This document shows positions 11,078 through 22,670 of a stretch of 64,000 nt of DNA, in pieces. The stretch's first letter is position 1; each line of letters begins with the position of its first letter. Both the position numbers and the translations under genes were made by a program. The DNA is from Paraspadella gotoi (Eukaryota > Animalia > Chaetognatha), in assembly GCA_051294375.1 (NCBI GenBank), contig CM119267.1:25059783-25123782 (forward strand), given 5' to 3'. The notes under the pieces were generated by a model that was given only the letters and a program-made list of their open reading frames with translations, did not search any database and had not been told where the DNA came from.

Positions 11078-14000
11078 AATAAAGAAATCAAAAGGCAGCA
11101 GAAGCAGCAGGAGAAAAAGAGAGAAAAAGAAAGAGCCACTGCAGACTCAAAAGGCAGCAGCAGAAGCAGCAGGAGAAAGAGAGAGAAAAAGAATAAGCCC
11201 CTGCAGAGCCAGCTGCAGATTCGTTTTTTTCCCCTATGAATCAGTGACTAGGGAAAAGAGAGAGGGAGAGAGACATGTAATTAAAAGAGAAAAGAGAAGA
11301 GAGAAAGAAAAGGAAAAATAAAAGAGAGAAAATTTGTTTGTTTTGATAAACGTAAACAAAACATATTTAATAACTGTCCAGACTCAATTTTAAGCACATC
11401 GATGATGAGAAGCTGTATATAAATTTTCAGCTTCATACACCCAAATTTAATCATAAACAGTGTGAGCAAGACAATGTCGGATTCTGCTCTCGCTACGATA
11501 ATTAATTAATTAATTGATTAATTAATAATTAATAGATTCAATTAATTAATTAATTAGATTAATTATAATTTATATTCAGGCTTGTCATATCGATGTCCTT
11601 AAAATTGAGGTCAGGACATGTTATTAAATGTTTTGTTTACATTTTTAATCGAAAACAAACAAATATTCCTCTATTTTATCGAGCCATCGGCGGGCAAAGC
11701 CCTCCTGTCCTAGATTTTTTTTTCGGTTTTAGCTTCAGGTCTGCTTTTTGCAATCATGCTTCTGAAATGTGATATCATAGGGAGATTTGAATTTTCATAT
11801 ATGGCTTCTTAATCATCAAGATCTTTAAAATTCTCATGTTTCATATCAATATTCGGTGATTGGTTTTATGTTTTTTACAAAACAAAAACGTTTTTAATTA
11901 TATGTCGCTCTCTCTCCTCTCTTTTTTCTTCCGTCACTGCTTGCTTCGTCTAAAAAACGAGTTTCCGGCTCTTGCAGCGTTCCTGTCCAGCTTCTTCTTT
12001 TCTCTCTTCTCGTCTCTCTCTCTCTCTCGCTCTTTTTTTTTACAAAAAGATTTTTTAGATATAAATGTTGGGTTTTCACGTATGTAAAAAACGATGCCAG
12101 CGAACAGCGGCGCCGAACCGCGGGTCCTTTGGGTAGAGAATAGCTCACCGCTACGTGGGCTGGCCCATAAGTACTGGCTTGATTCTTTAACGAGTAAAGG
12201 GGTGTAGAGGCTTCTCTCTCCTCGTTTTAATTTTATTATATCGCTCTTTCTCTTTCTCTTTTTTCTCTGCAGCGGCTGTCTGCTCTCTCTCTCTCTTTTG
12301 TCCTTCGTCTTCATTCTCTCTGCGGTGTACTCGGTGTGTCTGTCCCTATCTGTCGATCTTTTTGGGTGATTCGTTTGTTTTTGAAAAATTCTGATTATTT
12401 TTTTTCTTCTAAAAACTTTTTTAATTATTGCCATTTATTCCGCGCATTTTTTTTCAATACAACAATCCCATATTTTATACCGAGGATTTTCGGGATTATG
12501 TCTGCTTTCTTTCTCTTCTCCTCGTCTCTCTTTCTCGTCTCTCTCGTCCTTTTCTTTCTCTCTCTCTCTTTTCTGCATCTCCTCTCGTCTGCTCTCTCTC
12601 ATTCTCTCTCTCTTTCACTCAATAACGCATTTGTTTGTTTTTATTGGACTATCAATCGCATCAATGAATGACAATGCATCGAATCAAATGAATGAAATCA
12701 TGGGCATCACTGAATGACTATCATACAGCAGTGAATGAACTATTCATCGGGCGCATCATAATTGATTATATCGAATCAGATAATCAATTCGCTATTACAT
12801 CAATAACAATTCTATTAGGATCAATCAAATTGTAACTAGTATTAACTATACAATAGTACATCAAACAATTCGTTACGGCATGATTCATTGTGTTTTTTCC
12901 GGTTTTTCTTCATTAATTTATTCTATGATGAGTGGGGCTCGTGGCTCTGATCTGAGTCTTTTAAAGATTGTTTTTATTTATTGTCTCCTTCTCTCTCTCT
13001 TCCACTCTCTGCTTTTTCGCTGCTCACCTCTCTTCTTCAGCTTCTCTCATTTCTCTTTCTCTCTCTCTCTCTCTCGTTCTTTTTTGCAATAGCACGATCC
13101 TTATGCTTTAAGATTTTTTAACTGCATCATTTTGTTCAACTTGGCATAAATTTTTTCAACTTGGCATTGCCGGTCAAACTTTAGATATCTAGCTTCTTCA
13201 CTCACTTTCATACGGGCTCATAATTTTCATCTTCAATCTATCTGGCGTTAAAATAAATAAAAAGATTCAAGTATAATGTGACTCATTATTTTTTGTCATT
13301 TAAACTCATTTTCGCACTGGTACGGTTTCCACTGAAACTTTTATAATCAAGCTGTCGTCAATACGTTTTCCTACCCAGCACAGACAAAATTTCAACTCAT
13401 CTAATCATTCAATTATGATTAATTGGAGTATTTAATTGGTTAAATAAGTAATAAAGATTTTTAGTAAATTCGGAACTTATGTTTTCTTCCATTTAAACTA
13501 ATTTGCACTCACATCGATTCATCGAATTTTATATTCCGCTTTTCACACACTTTCCCTAGCCCACACACAAGAATTTTTAATTCCAATCCAACAGCCAATC
13601 CACCGAGTTTAATTGGGGAGCTTTTTTGCTAAGAATTGGCATACGGATGGAAGACGGATTGATTGACTAATTAATTATTGATTTAATTTAATTTACTAAT
13701 TGATAATTAACTGATTTGATTATTTGATTTATTATACATCCTGCAGATTAGCATTTTAATGATATAAAGAGAAAAGAGAGCATATAAATCAATTCAGTAA
13801 AACAGGTTTTTGTGTTTTTTTCCATTTAAACTCACTTCCACTCAAACTTTCCATCGAAACTTCGATTTTCTGTTCAATCAAGCACACTTTCCTACCGCGA
13901 CATACAAAATTCCAGGTCAATCAGCCCATCCCACTCATGAGCAATTGGGTTGTTCAAAATAGTGAATATTCTTTTTTTGTTTTTTTCCATTTAAACTCAT

Positions 14001-15224
14001 TTCCACTCGGACGATCATCGCAAACTTATATCCAGCTAACAACACAGCTTAACCTATCCCACAGCAGAATTTTCATTTAAATTACTGCAGCAGGGCCAAT
14101 CACGACGTAATGGTGGTTTTTGTGCTAAGGTGGGACGCGATCGGACGGATCGGACGGACAGGACGGAACGGACGGACGGACGGACGGACGGACGGACGGA
14201 CGACGGACGGAGCAGAACGGGCGGACGGACGGACGGACGGACGGACGGACTGGACAGACAGAACAGACGGACGACGGGACATCATTTTTTTTTGCAATAT
14301 TTATCATGATTTATTCTGAGCATGATATAAGTGTGTGCCGAGCAATATTGAGGGGCGGACCGACGGACCGAAAATAGTGAGTTATAAAAGTGAGTTATAG
14401 AGTCGGGGATCGTGCTGATAGAGGCAGATCGACTAAAAAAGGCGATCTATAATTTGGAACGCCGACGACAACGACGACGCCGCCGCCACTTATGGGCAAA
14501 AGCGATACAATATCGTCGCAAACGCCAAGCGATTGCGACGATAAAAATAAATTTTGGAATGGGATGAAGTGAAAAGAGGAAATGAAAAGAGGGATGAGGT
14601 GAAAATAAAAGGGCATGAAGTAAAAAGAAAAGGGTATAAATTGAAAAAAAGAGTGAACAAAAAAGAGAAAGGAATGAAGAGAAAATAAAAAGGAAGAAAA
14701 GTAGTAACTCACCCGCGAGGAATCCGGTGATGAAAAAGACTAAAACGAGAAGAAAAGCCCAAGAAGCGAAATTCGATCGCTGAAATAAAAAGGTTTTTAT
14801 AATTTTACTTAAAATTGTTTTTCAAAAGTGATGGTTTGCTGGCCCGATTGAGATTACTCTCTTCACTTGACTCCCGCTATTAGACTCGGCCCTATATGAC
14901 CACCCTCACCCTTTCCGAAGTCCTCGACGCCGTCCGAAACTCCTTGCAGGCGCCGACCATCCCGGACGATGCCGGCGACGGCGGCGAAGAGGCCCCAGGC
15001 CGACGGCGACGCCGGCTGTCACGACGACGTAAAGATCGAGGACGCGCCGGCAGAGGTCGGAATCGGCGCCGCGAGATTCGCGCGGCCCGGTCCACCAAAG
15101 GCCGACCAGAGATGGGTTCCAGCACGAAGACATACAAGGCGAGGCAGAGGGCGGCGGCGCCGATGAGGAAGAAGCTCAGGCTGAAGAGGAAGAGCGACGT
15201 TTTCGCGCAGGATCGAGAGCACAT
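9101..15224 (-). CDS. Divergent tetraspanin-like four-transmembrane protein (~265 aa)
   Basis: Exons 15224-14910, 14779-14713, 9745-9620, 9523-9428, 9294-9101 (TGA), with consistent phases. N-terminal CAK, TM1, TM2 ending GMVGACKE, TM3, an extracellular loop with NTT, TM4 with Q, then GCCVSC. Exon 1 of this copy has compensating -2/+1/+1 indels; the clean version is at 22670-22356. Confidence 0.75.
10378..10402. other. Assembly gap (25 N) inside an AG-rich 18-bp minisatellite (AGAAAGGAAAGAAAGAAT)n
   Basis: N run seen directly; the minisatellite spans ~10280-10770 and recurs at ~18012-18260. Confidence 0.95.
10770..14547 (-). mobile_element. Nested HINE composite: family B host, family A inserted (~11460-14436), inverted family-B-like piece inside (~11580-13115)
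   Basis: The family B junction aatcataaa|aaaggcgatctata (intact at ~47032-47053) is split here by a family A element carrying a (GGAC)n microsatellite at ~14140-14280. Duplicated at ~18260-21993. Confidence 0.7.
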
Positions 15225-16659
15225 TCTCGATGATCTTTTTGTTTTTTCGATCGTTCGGTTTCTTATCTTTTTTCGTTAATCTCTTCACTACAAGAGGCGC
15301 TTTTGTTTCACCTTTTGTTTTCAACGCAACCTCTTCCGTATTCACGGGGGTTGTTTTAAAATCTTAGCGCTATTCCGAGCGATTTTACCAATGACGTTTC
15401 GCTCGCGTGGCTAAGGTCATTCTCTCTCCGCCTTCAGTGGCAGAGAACCCCGTGAACCTAAAGAGCAGCGAAGGAGATTAAGAGAAAATTAAAGAGAAAA
15501 GCGTGGCTAGGGACAACTTTAGAAAAATGGGGAAAAAGAGAAAAAAGTAAAATGGGGGGGGGAAGAGGAAAACCCAGCGAACGGAAGCGAACCGGAAATC
15601 CTTTTAGCGCGCAGAGTAAAAGAGGAAAAGTGCCCTCCCTCCTTCGAAAGAGAATAATAATATTAAATCAAGAGAGAGGAAAGTAAATAGAGAAAAAAGA
15701 TTAAAAACCGAGAAAAAATATAAAAAAAACTCGCCTTTGTTTCATACAAAAGAAAAAAGAAAGAATAAAATAAATATAGGAATTTAAAAGAAAATTTTGC
15801 TCTTCTAAGTTCGGGAAAAAAAGAATACAGAATTCACCAAAAAGTTTCATATCTTCCAGTAGGAAAACATTAAAAAAATCCTTATAAATAATTGACTACA
15901 ATTCAGAGTTAAATTCATAAAAATAAATATTAGCTGCATAAAATATATTTTTAAAAATCATAATAACTAAAAATAATCAATATATAATCATAACTTAATA
16001 ATTGGTTACGTCGACAACGAATTCAAAGGCGAGCCGACATTAATACTTGAGATGCTCAAAAAAAAATCAGCGTGAAAAATGGAGGAAATGAAAAGAAATG
16101 AGGTTTAAATAAAATCGAGAAAGAAAGAAAAAAAAAAGGAAAGAAAAAACGTGCGGCGCAGTTGCGTCTTGAAGCAACGCGGGAGGCGAGAGTCCGAGGG
16201 AGAGAAGAGGGAAAGAGAGAGGGGGGGAGGGGACGGAGGAGGTTAGGAATCCAGAAAGATGGAATCAAATGATGAAACGCAAGATGAAGACGTCACGGTG
16301 TCACAGGCTATGATTAAATTGCTGACATACAGAAAAGAGAGAGGGATGGAGAGAGAGAGAAAGAAAATATGGTTTTTAATCCTGGACTCGTAACCCCGAA
16401 ATTCGTTTTCCTCCGGAGACCTAAGCCTCCCTTCTTCCCTATCTAAACCCCCTCATCCACCTGAGAACGCCCTATCGCCCTTTTCAACTTTTCTCGGGTT
16501 CACATCGATTTCCAATTTTCTTCTTCTTTTTCTTTTTTTAATTCAATCTTTTCTAGCTCTTTTTTCTCAAGAATGAGTCAAGTGCCATCGATGATCTTTT
16601 TTTATTAGTTAAACTCCCTAATAGGAATTTTAATAATTATTAATTAGTCTCATACATAT

Positions 16660-16950
16660 ATGAAATTGGTACAACCAATATAAAAATTATCATTGATTAA
16701 TAAATAAGCTATCTTGCCCCTGACTTTGGACAGGCTTTAGTGGTCCCTGCAAGCTTTCAATCAAGACTCTCTCACAGTCTCGTTTATTCACTCCCAGAGT
16801 ACCTGGCTTCCCTAACAATGAAGTGGTATAATGTTTCAATGAATGTTTCAATTGTATGAAAAGACCACTCCCTTAAGTATTAGATCGGGGAATACTCTAT
16901 TGTACTCTGCCCAGCATCAAAATACAATTTTATGAAATTGTACAACCAAA
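16660..16950 (+). repeat. Dispersed repeat family C (aagctatcttgcccctgactttggacaggc...)
   Basis: Copies or fragments at ~6637, ~9865, 16660, 24118, 49296 (split by an insertion, resuming ~49962) and 56190-56375 (reverse). Class undetermined. Confidence 0.75.
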
Positions 16951-18532
16951 TTCTTTTTGTGATGAATTCAAACCTACTTTTTTCAATATTTTTTCAAAAA
17001 AATCTTCCCAGTTCTATTTCCTTCCGATAATTAACCACACAGACGTCAGGAATCTCGAATTTTTTGACATGTATCAACTGTCCATTACCAATAATTATAA
17101 TCAAAAATGACATTTATGATCCAGTCTTTTATAATTAATATAACGCTTGTTCTGTTAATCACTGCTTTTTTAGTTGCACCGCGAGTACTCGCGGAGCAAC
17201 TCTATAAGTCACTTTTCGGTCAGTCAGTCCATTGGTATGTCTGTCCATCCGTCTGTCCCATTATGTTAAAAACGCTTATAACTTGCTTATAGATTATGCT
17301 CATTTGTTAAAAATCAAATCTAAGTGGACTACTGGCGCCGCCTTTTGTTTTTATAATAAATAAAAAGAAAAGTAATGCGGCGCAATACCTTGGAATAACC
17401 GTTCCTTGTTTTCTCTGTGCTTATCGGTAAAAAAAGTTGTAACTATGATTTAAGCAAAACGTCGAATTTTGGGATCAAGTGCAGTATTTATTTTTTCTTT
17501 ATAGAAAACCAATATTTCGTCTTATTTGGCACCAGATCATCGTTCAGCGTAAGAGTGAAGTGAGTAGAAGAAGAGAGCTAAGGAAAAGAGAGAGAGATTA
17601 GAGAGAGAGAAGAACAGGTGAGAGTCAGACAATACAACAGGATAAATCCCTCCACCCCCCCCTCGTTTCAATGTCTAGTCTCATTTCTTTCCCAGGGAAT
17701 TAAGGATCGGTTTTCCATGCATCGGTTTTGACATAGCGACCCCATATCTTCATTGAGGCCTCTGCCCGCGGCCACAAGCGAGGCCCTGATCCACAAGCGC
17801 CTCTTCCACCTTTAGGTGGTGGCTGCAGGCTGGATGGGTCTTTTGATGCGTGGACGTGGAGAGGCATGTCCGCGGTCCAGTCGAATTCGGGCTGGCAGTG
17901 CTGACGATGCTGGGGCCAGACCCGTAATGGCCCCACTTTCCAGTGTTGACCGCTCTTCTTGTTTGCTCTGCAGTTAACGGTATCGAAGCTTCGGCTAGTT
18001 ATCTCTCTCAAAAGAATAGAAAGGAAAAAAAGAATAGAAAGGGAAAAAATAGGAAAGAAAAGAAAAAATAGAAAGGAAAAAAAAATAGAAAGGAAAGAAA
18101 GAATAGAAAGGAAAGAAAGAATAGAAAGGAAAGAAAGAATAGAAAGGAAAGAAAGAATAGAAAGGAAAGAAAAAATAGAAAGGAAAGAAAAAATAGAAAG
18201 GAAAAAAATAGGAAAGAAAAAATAGAAAGGAAAAGAAAAAATAGAAAGGAAAGAAAAAAAATCTTAAAAGCATAAGGATCGTCGCAAATGCATAAGAAAA
18301 TCTGGATTGACGAAAAATTTTGATACTAAAAAAAGAAAATTTGAGAAAAGAAAATTAAATTATAAACAAAGAAAAATTCTATTTGGCGATTGTCAAATAA
18401 AAAAAAAATAATAAAGTACGGAAGAAAATTAAAAATACAGTTTCTTGAAAAATAGCAAAATGATAACATGCACGAATGCGATGCCTAAATTTACGAGTTC
18501 AATCCTAATTCATTTTGTTTTTTAATAAAAAC

Positions 18533-18568
<36 letters not shown>

Positions 18569-21500
18569 TAAAGAAATCAAAAGGCAGCAGAAGCAGCAGG
18601 AGAAAAGAGAGAAAAAGAAAGAGCCACTGCAGACTCAAAAAGCAGCAGCAGAAGCAGCAGGGAGAAAGAGAGAAAAAAGAATAAGCCCTGCAGAGCCAGC
18701 TGCAGATTCGTTTTTTTTCCCCTATGAATCAGTGACTAGGGAAAAGAGAGAGGGAGAGAGACATGTAATTAAAAGAGAAAAGAGAGAGAGAAAGAAACAG
18801 AAAAATAAAAGAGAGAAAATTTGTTTGTTTTGATAAAACGTAAACAAAACATATTTAATAACTGTCCAGACTCAATTTTAAGCACATCGATGATGAGAAG
18901 CTGTATATAAATTTTCAGCTTCATACACCCAAATTTAATCATAAACAAGTTTGTGAGCAAACAAGTGTCGGATTCTGCTCTCGGCTACGATAATTAATTA
19001 ATTAATTGATTAATTAATTAATTAATAGATTCAATTAATTAATTAATAGATTAATTTATAATTTATATTCCAGCTTGTCATACGATGTTCGCTTAAAAAT
19101 TGAGGTCAGGACAGTTATTAAATGTTTTGTTTACATTTAATCGAAAACAAACAAATATCCTCTATTTATCGAGCCATGGCGGGCAAAGCCGCTCCTGTCT
19201 AGATTTTTTTTTCGGTTTAGCTTTCGGTCTCGCTTGTTTTGCAAATCATGCTTCTGAAGAGTGTGATATCATAGGGAGATTGAATTTTCATATATGGCTT
19301 CTTAATCATCAAGATCTTTAAAATTCTCATGTTTCATATCAATATTGCGTATTTGTTTTATGTTTATTTCAAAACAAAAACGTTTTAATTATTATGTCGC
19401 TCTCTCTCGTCTCTTTTTTCTCCGTATGCTTGCTATCTCTAAAAAAACGAGTTTCCGGCTCTGCAGGCGTTCTGTCCAGCTTCTTCTTTTCTCTCTCTCT
19501 CGGTCTCTCTCTCTCTCTCTCTTTTTTTTTACAAAAAATTTTTTAGATATAATGTTGGGTTTTTCACTATGTAAAAAACGATGCGCGAACGGGCAGCCCG
19601 AACCGCGGGTTCCTTTGGGTAGAGAATAGCTCACCGCTGACGTGCGGCGCGCCATAAGTACTGGCTGATTCTTTAACGAGTAAAGGGGCTGTAGAGGCTT
19701 CTCTCCTCTCTCGTCTTTAATTTTATATATATCGCTCTTTCTCTTTCTCTTTTTTCTCTGCAGGCGGCTGTCTGCTCTCTCTCGTCTTTTTGTCCGTTCT
19801 CGTCTCATGTCTCTTCTGTCTGTCTCCGGTGTGTCTGTCCCGTATCTGTCCGAGTCTTTTTGCCGGTGATTCGTTTGTTTTTGAAAATTCTGATTAATTT
19901 TTTTTTCCTTCTAAAAAAACTTTTTAATTATTGCCATTATTCCGGCGCTTTTTTTTCAATAAAAATCCCATATTTTCATCCGAGATTTTCGTGGATTTAT
20001 TCTCTTTCTTTCTCGTCTCCGTCTCCTCTCTTTCTCGTCTCTCTCGTCCTTTTCTTTCTCTCTCTCTTCTTTTCTGCATCTCCATCTCGATCCGCTCTTC
20101 TCATCTCTTCTCTCTCTTTCACTCATAACGCATTTTGTTTGTTTTATTGACTATCAATCGCATCAATGAATGACAATGCATCGAATCAGAATGAATGACA
20201 ATCATCGTGGCTATGCACTGAATTGACTATCATCACAGCAGTGAATGACTATCATCGGCACATCATATTGATTATATCGAATCAGATATCAATTCGCTTA
20301 TTACATCATAAATATTACTATTAGATCAATCGAAATATGTATATAATCCATACAATTAGTACATTCAAACAATTCTTATCGCATGGATTCATTGTGTTTT
20401 TTCCGGTTTTTTTCATTAATTTATTCTATGATAGTGGCTCGTGGCTCTGAATCTTGGAGTCTTTTAAGATTGTTTTTTTTTATTGTCTCGCTTCTCTCTC
20501 TCTCCACTCTCTGCTTTTTCGCTGCTCACCTCTCTCTCTTCACCTCTCTCTCATTTCTTCTTTTCTCTCTCTCTCTCTCTCGTCTCTTTATTTGCAATAG
20601 ACGACGATCCTTATGCTTTTAAGATTTTTTAACTGCATCATTTTTTCAACTTGCATAATTTTTTCAACTTGCATTCCGTCAAAACTTTAATATCTAGCTT
20701 CTTCACTCACTTTCCTACCGGGCTCACAAAATTTCATCTCAATCTATCTGGGTTAAAATAATAAAGAAGATCAAGTAAATGTGACTCATATTTTTTTCAT
20801 TTAAACTCATTTTCACTCGTAGTTTCCACTGAAACTTTATATCAAGCTTCGTCATACGTTTTCCTACCCACACACAAAATTTCAACTCATCTAATCATCC
20901 AATTATGATTAATTGGAGATTTATTGGTTAAATAAGTAAAAAGATTTTAGTAAATTCGACTTATGTTTTTTTCCATTTAAACTAATTTCCACTCACACGA
21001 TTCCATCAAATTTTATATCCAGCTTTATCACACACTTTCCTACCCACACACAAGAATTTTTAATTCCAATCCAACCAGCCAATCACGAGTTATTGGAGCT
21101 TTTTGCTAAGATTGGGACGGATGGAACGGATTGATTGACTAATTAATTATTGATTAATTTATTTACTAATTGATAATAACTGATTATATTTGATTTATTA
21201 ATACATCCTGCAGTATACATTTAATGATAAAAGAAAAAGAAGCATAATCAATTAGTAAAACAGGTTTTTTGTTTTTTTCCATTTAAACTCACTTCACTCA
21301 AACTATTCCATCGAAACTTGATTTCCTGTTCAATCAACACACTTTCTACTCACATACAAAATTCCAGGTCAATCAGCCCATCCACTCATGAGCAATTGGG
21401 TGTTCAAATAGTGAATATATTTTTTTTGTTTTTTTCCATTTAAACTCATTTCCACTCGACGATCCATCGAAACTTATATCCAGCTCAATCACACACTTTA

Positions 21501-22159
21501 CCTATCCACACACAAATTTCATTTAAATTACTCCATCCAATCACGAGTAATTGTGTTTTTTGCTAAGGTGGGACGGACGGACGGACGACGGACGGACGGA
21601 CGGACGAACGGACGGACGGACGGACGGACGGACGACGGACCGGAGCAGAACGGACGGACGACGGACGGACGGACGGACGGACTGGGACAGACAGACAGAC
21701 GGATGCGAGCGGGACATCATTTTTTTTGCATATTTAATCATGATTTATTCTTGACATGATATAGACGTGTGTGCCGAGCAATATTGGAGGAGGCGGACCG
21801 ACGGACCGAAGAAATAGTGAGTTATAAAAAGTGAGTTATAGAGTCGCGGATCGTGCTGATAAGAGGCGATCGGACTATAAAAAGGCGATCTATAATTTGG
21901 AACGCCGACGACAACGACCGACGCCGCCGCCACTGTTATGAGGCAAAAGCGATACAATATCGTCGCAAACGCCAAGCGATTGCGACGATAAAAATAAATT
22001 TTGGAATGGGATGAAGTGAAAAGAGGAAATGAAAAGGGGATGAGGTGAAAATAAAAGGGCATGAAGTAAAAAGAAAAGGGTATAAATTGAAAAAAAGAGT
22101 GAACAAAAAAGAGAAAGGAATGAAGAGAAAATAAAAAGGGAAGAAAAGTAGTAACTCAC

Positions 22160-22670
22160 CCGCGAGGAATCCGGTGATGAAAAAGACTAAAACGAGAAGA
22201 AAAGCCCAAGAAGCGAAATTCGATCGCTGAAATAAAAAGGTTTTTATAATTTTACTTAAAATTGTTTTTCAAAAGTGATGGTTTGCTGGCCCGATTGAGA
22301 TTACTCTCTTCACTTGACTCCCGCTATTAGACTCGCCCCTATATGACACCCTCACCCTTTCCGAAGTCCTCGACGCCGTCCGAAACTCCTTGCAGGCGCC
22401 GACCATCCCGACGATGCCGGCGACGGCGGCGAAGAGGCCCCAGCCGACGGCGACGCCGGCTGTCACGACGACGTAAAGATCGAGGACGCGCCGGCAGAGG
22501 TCGGAATCGGCGCCGCGAGATTCGGCGCCGGCCCGGTCCACCAAAGGCCGACCAGAGATGGGTTCCAGCACGAAGACATACAAGGCGAGGCAGAGGGCGG
22601 CGGCGCCGATGAGGAAGAAGCTCAGGCTGAAGAGGAAGAGCGACGTTTTCGCGCAGGATCGAGAGCACAT
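22160..22670 (-). CDS. Duplicate, intact exons 1-2 of the tetraspanin-like gene
   Basis: Exon 22670-22356 reads MCSRSCAKTSLFLFSL...GMVGACKEFRTASRTSER without frameshift; exon 22226-22160 matches 14779-14713. Confidence 0.75.

Noticed and set aside
10228-14319. F/S/L-rich and R/E/K-rich ORFs (also 17959-21759, 28766-34592, 40884-46830, 53992-55101)
   Set aside because: Translations of microsatellites and HINE repeats.
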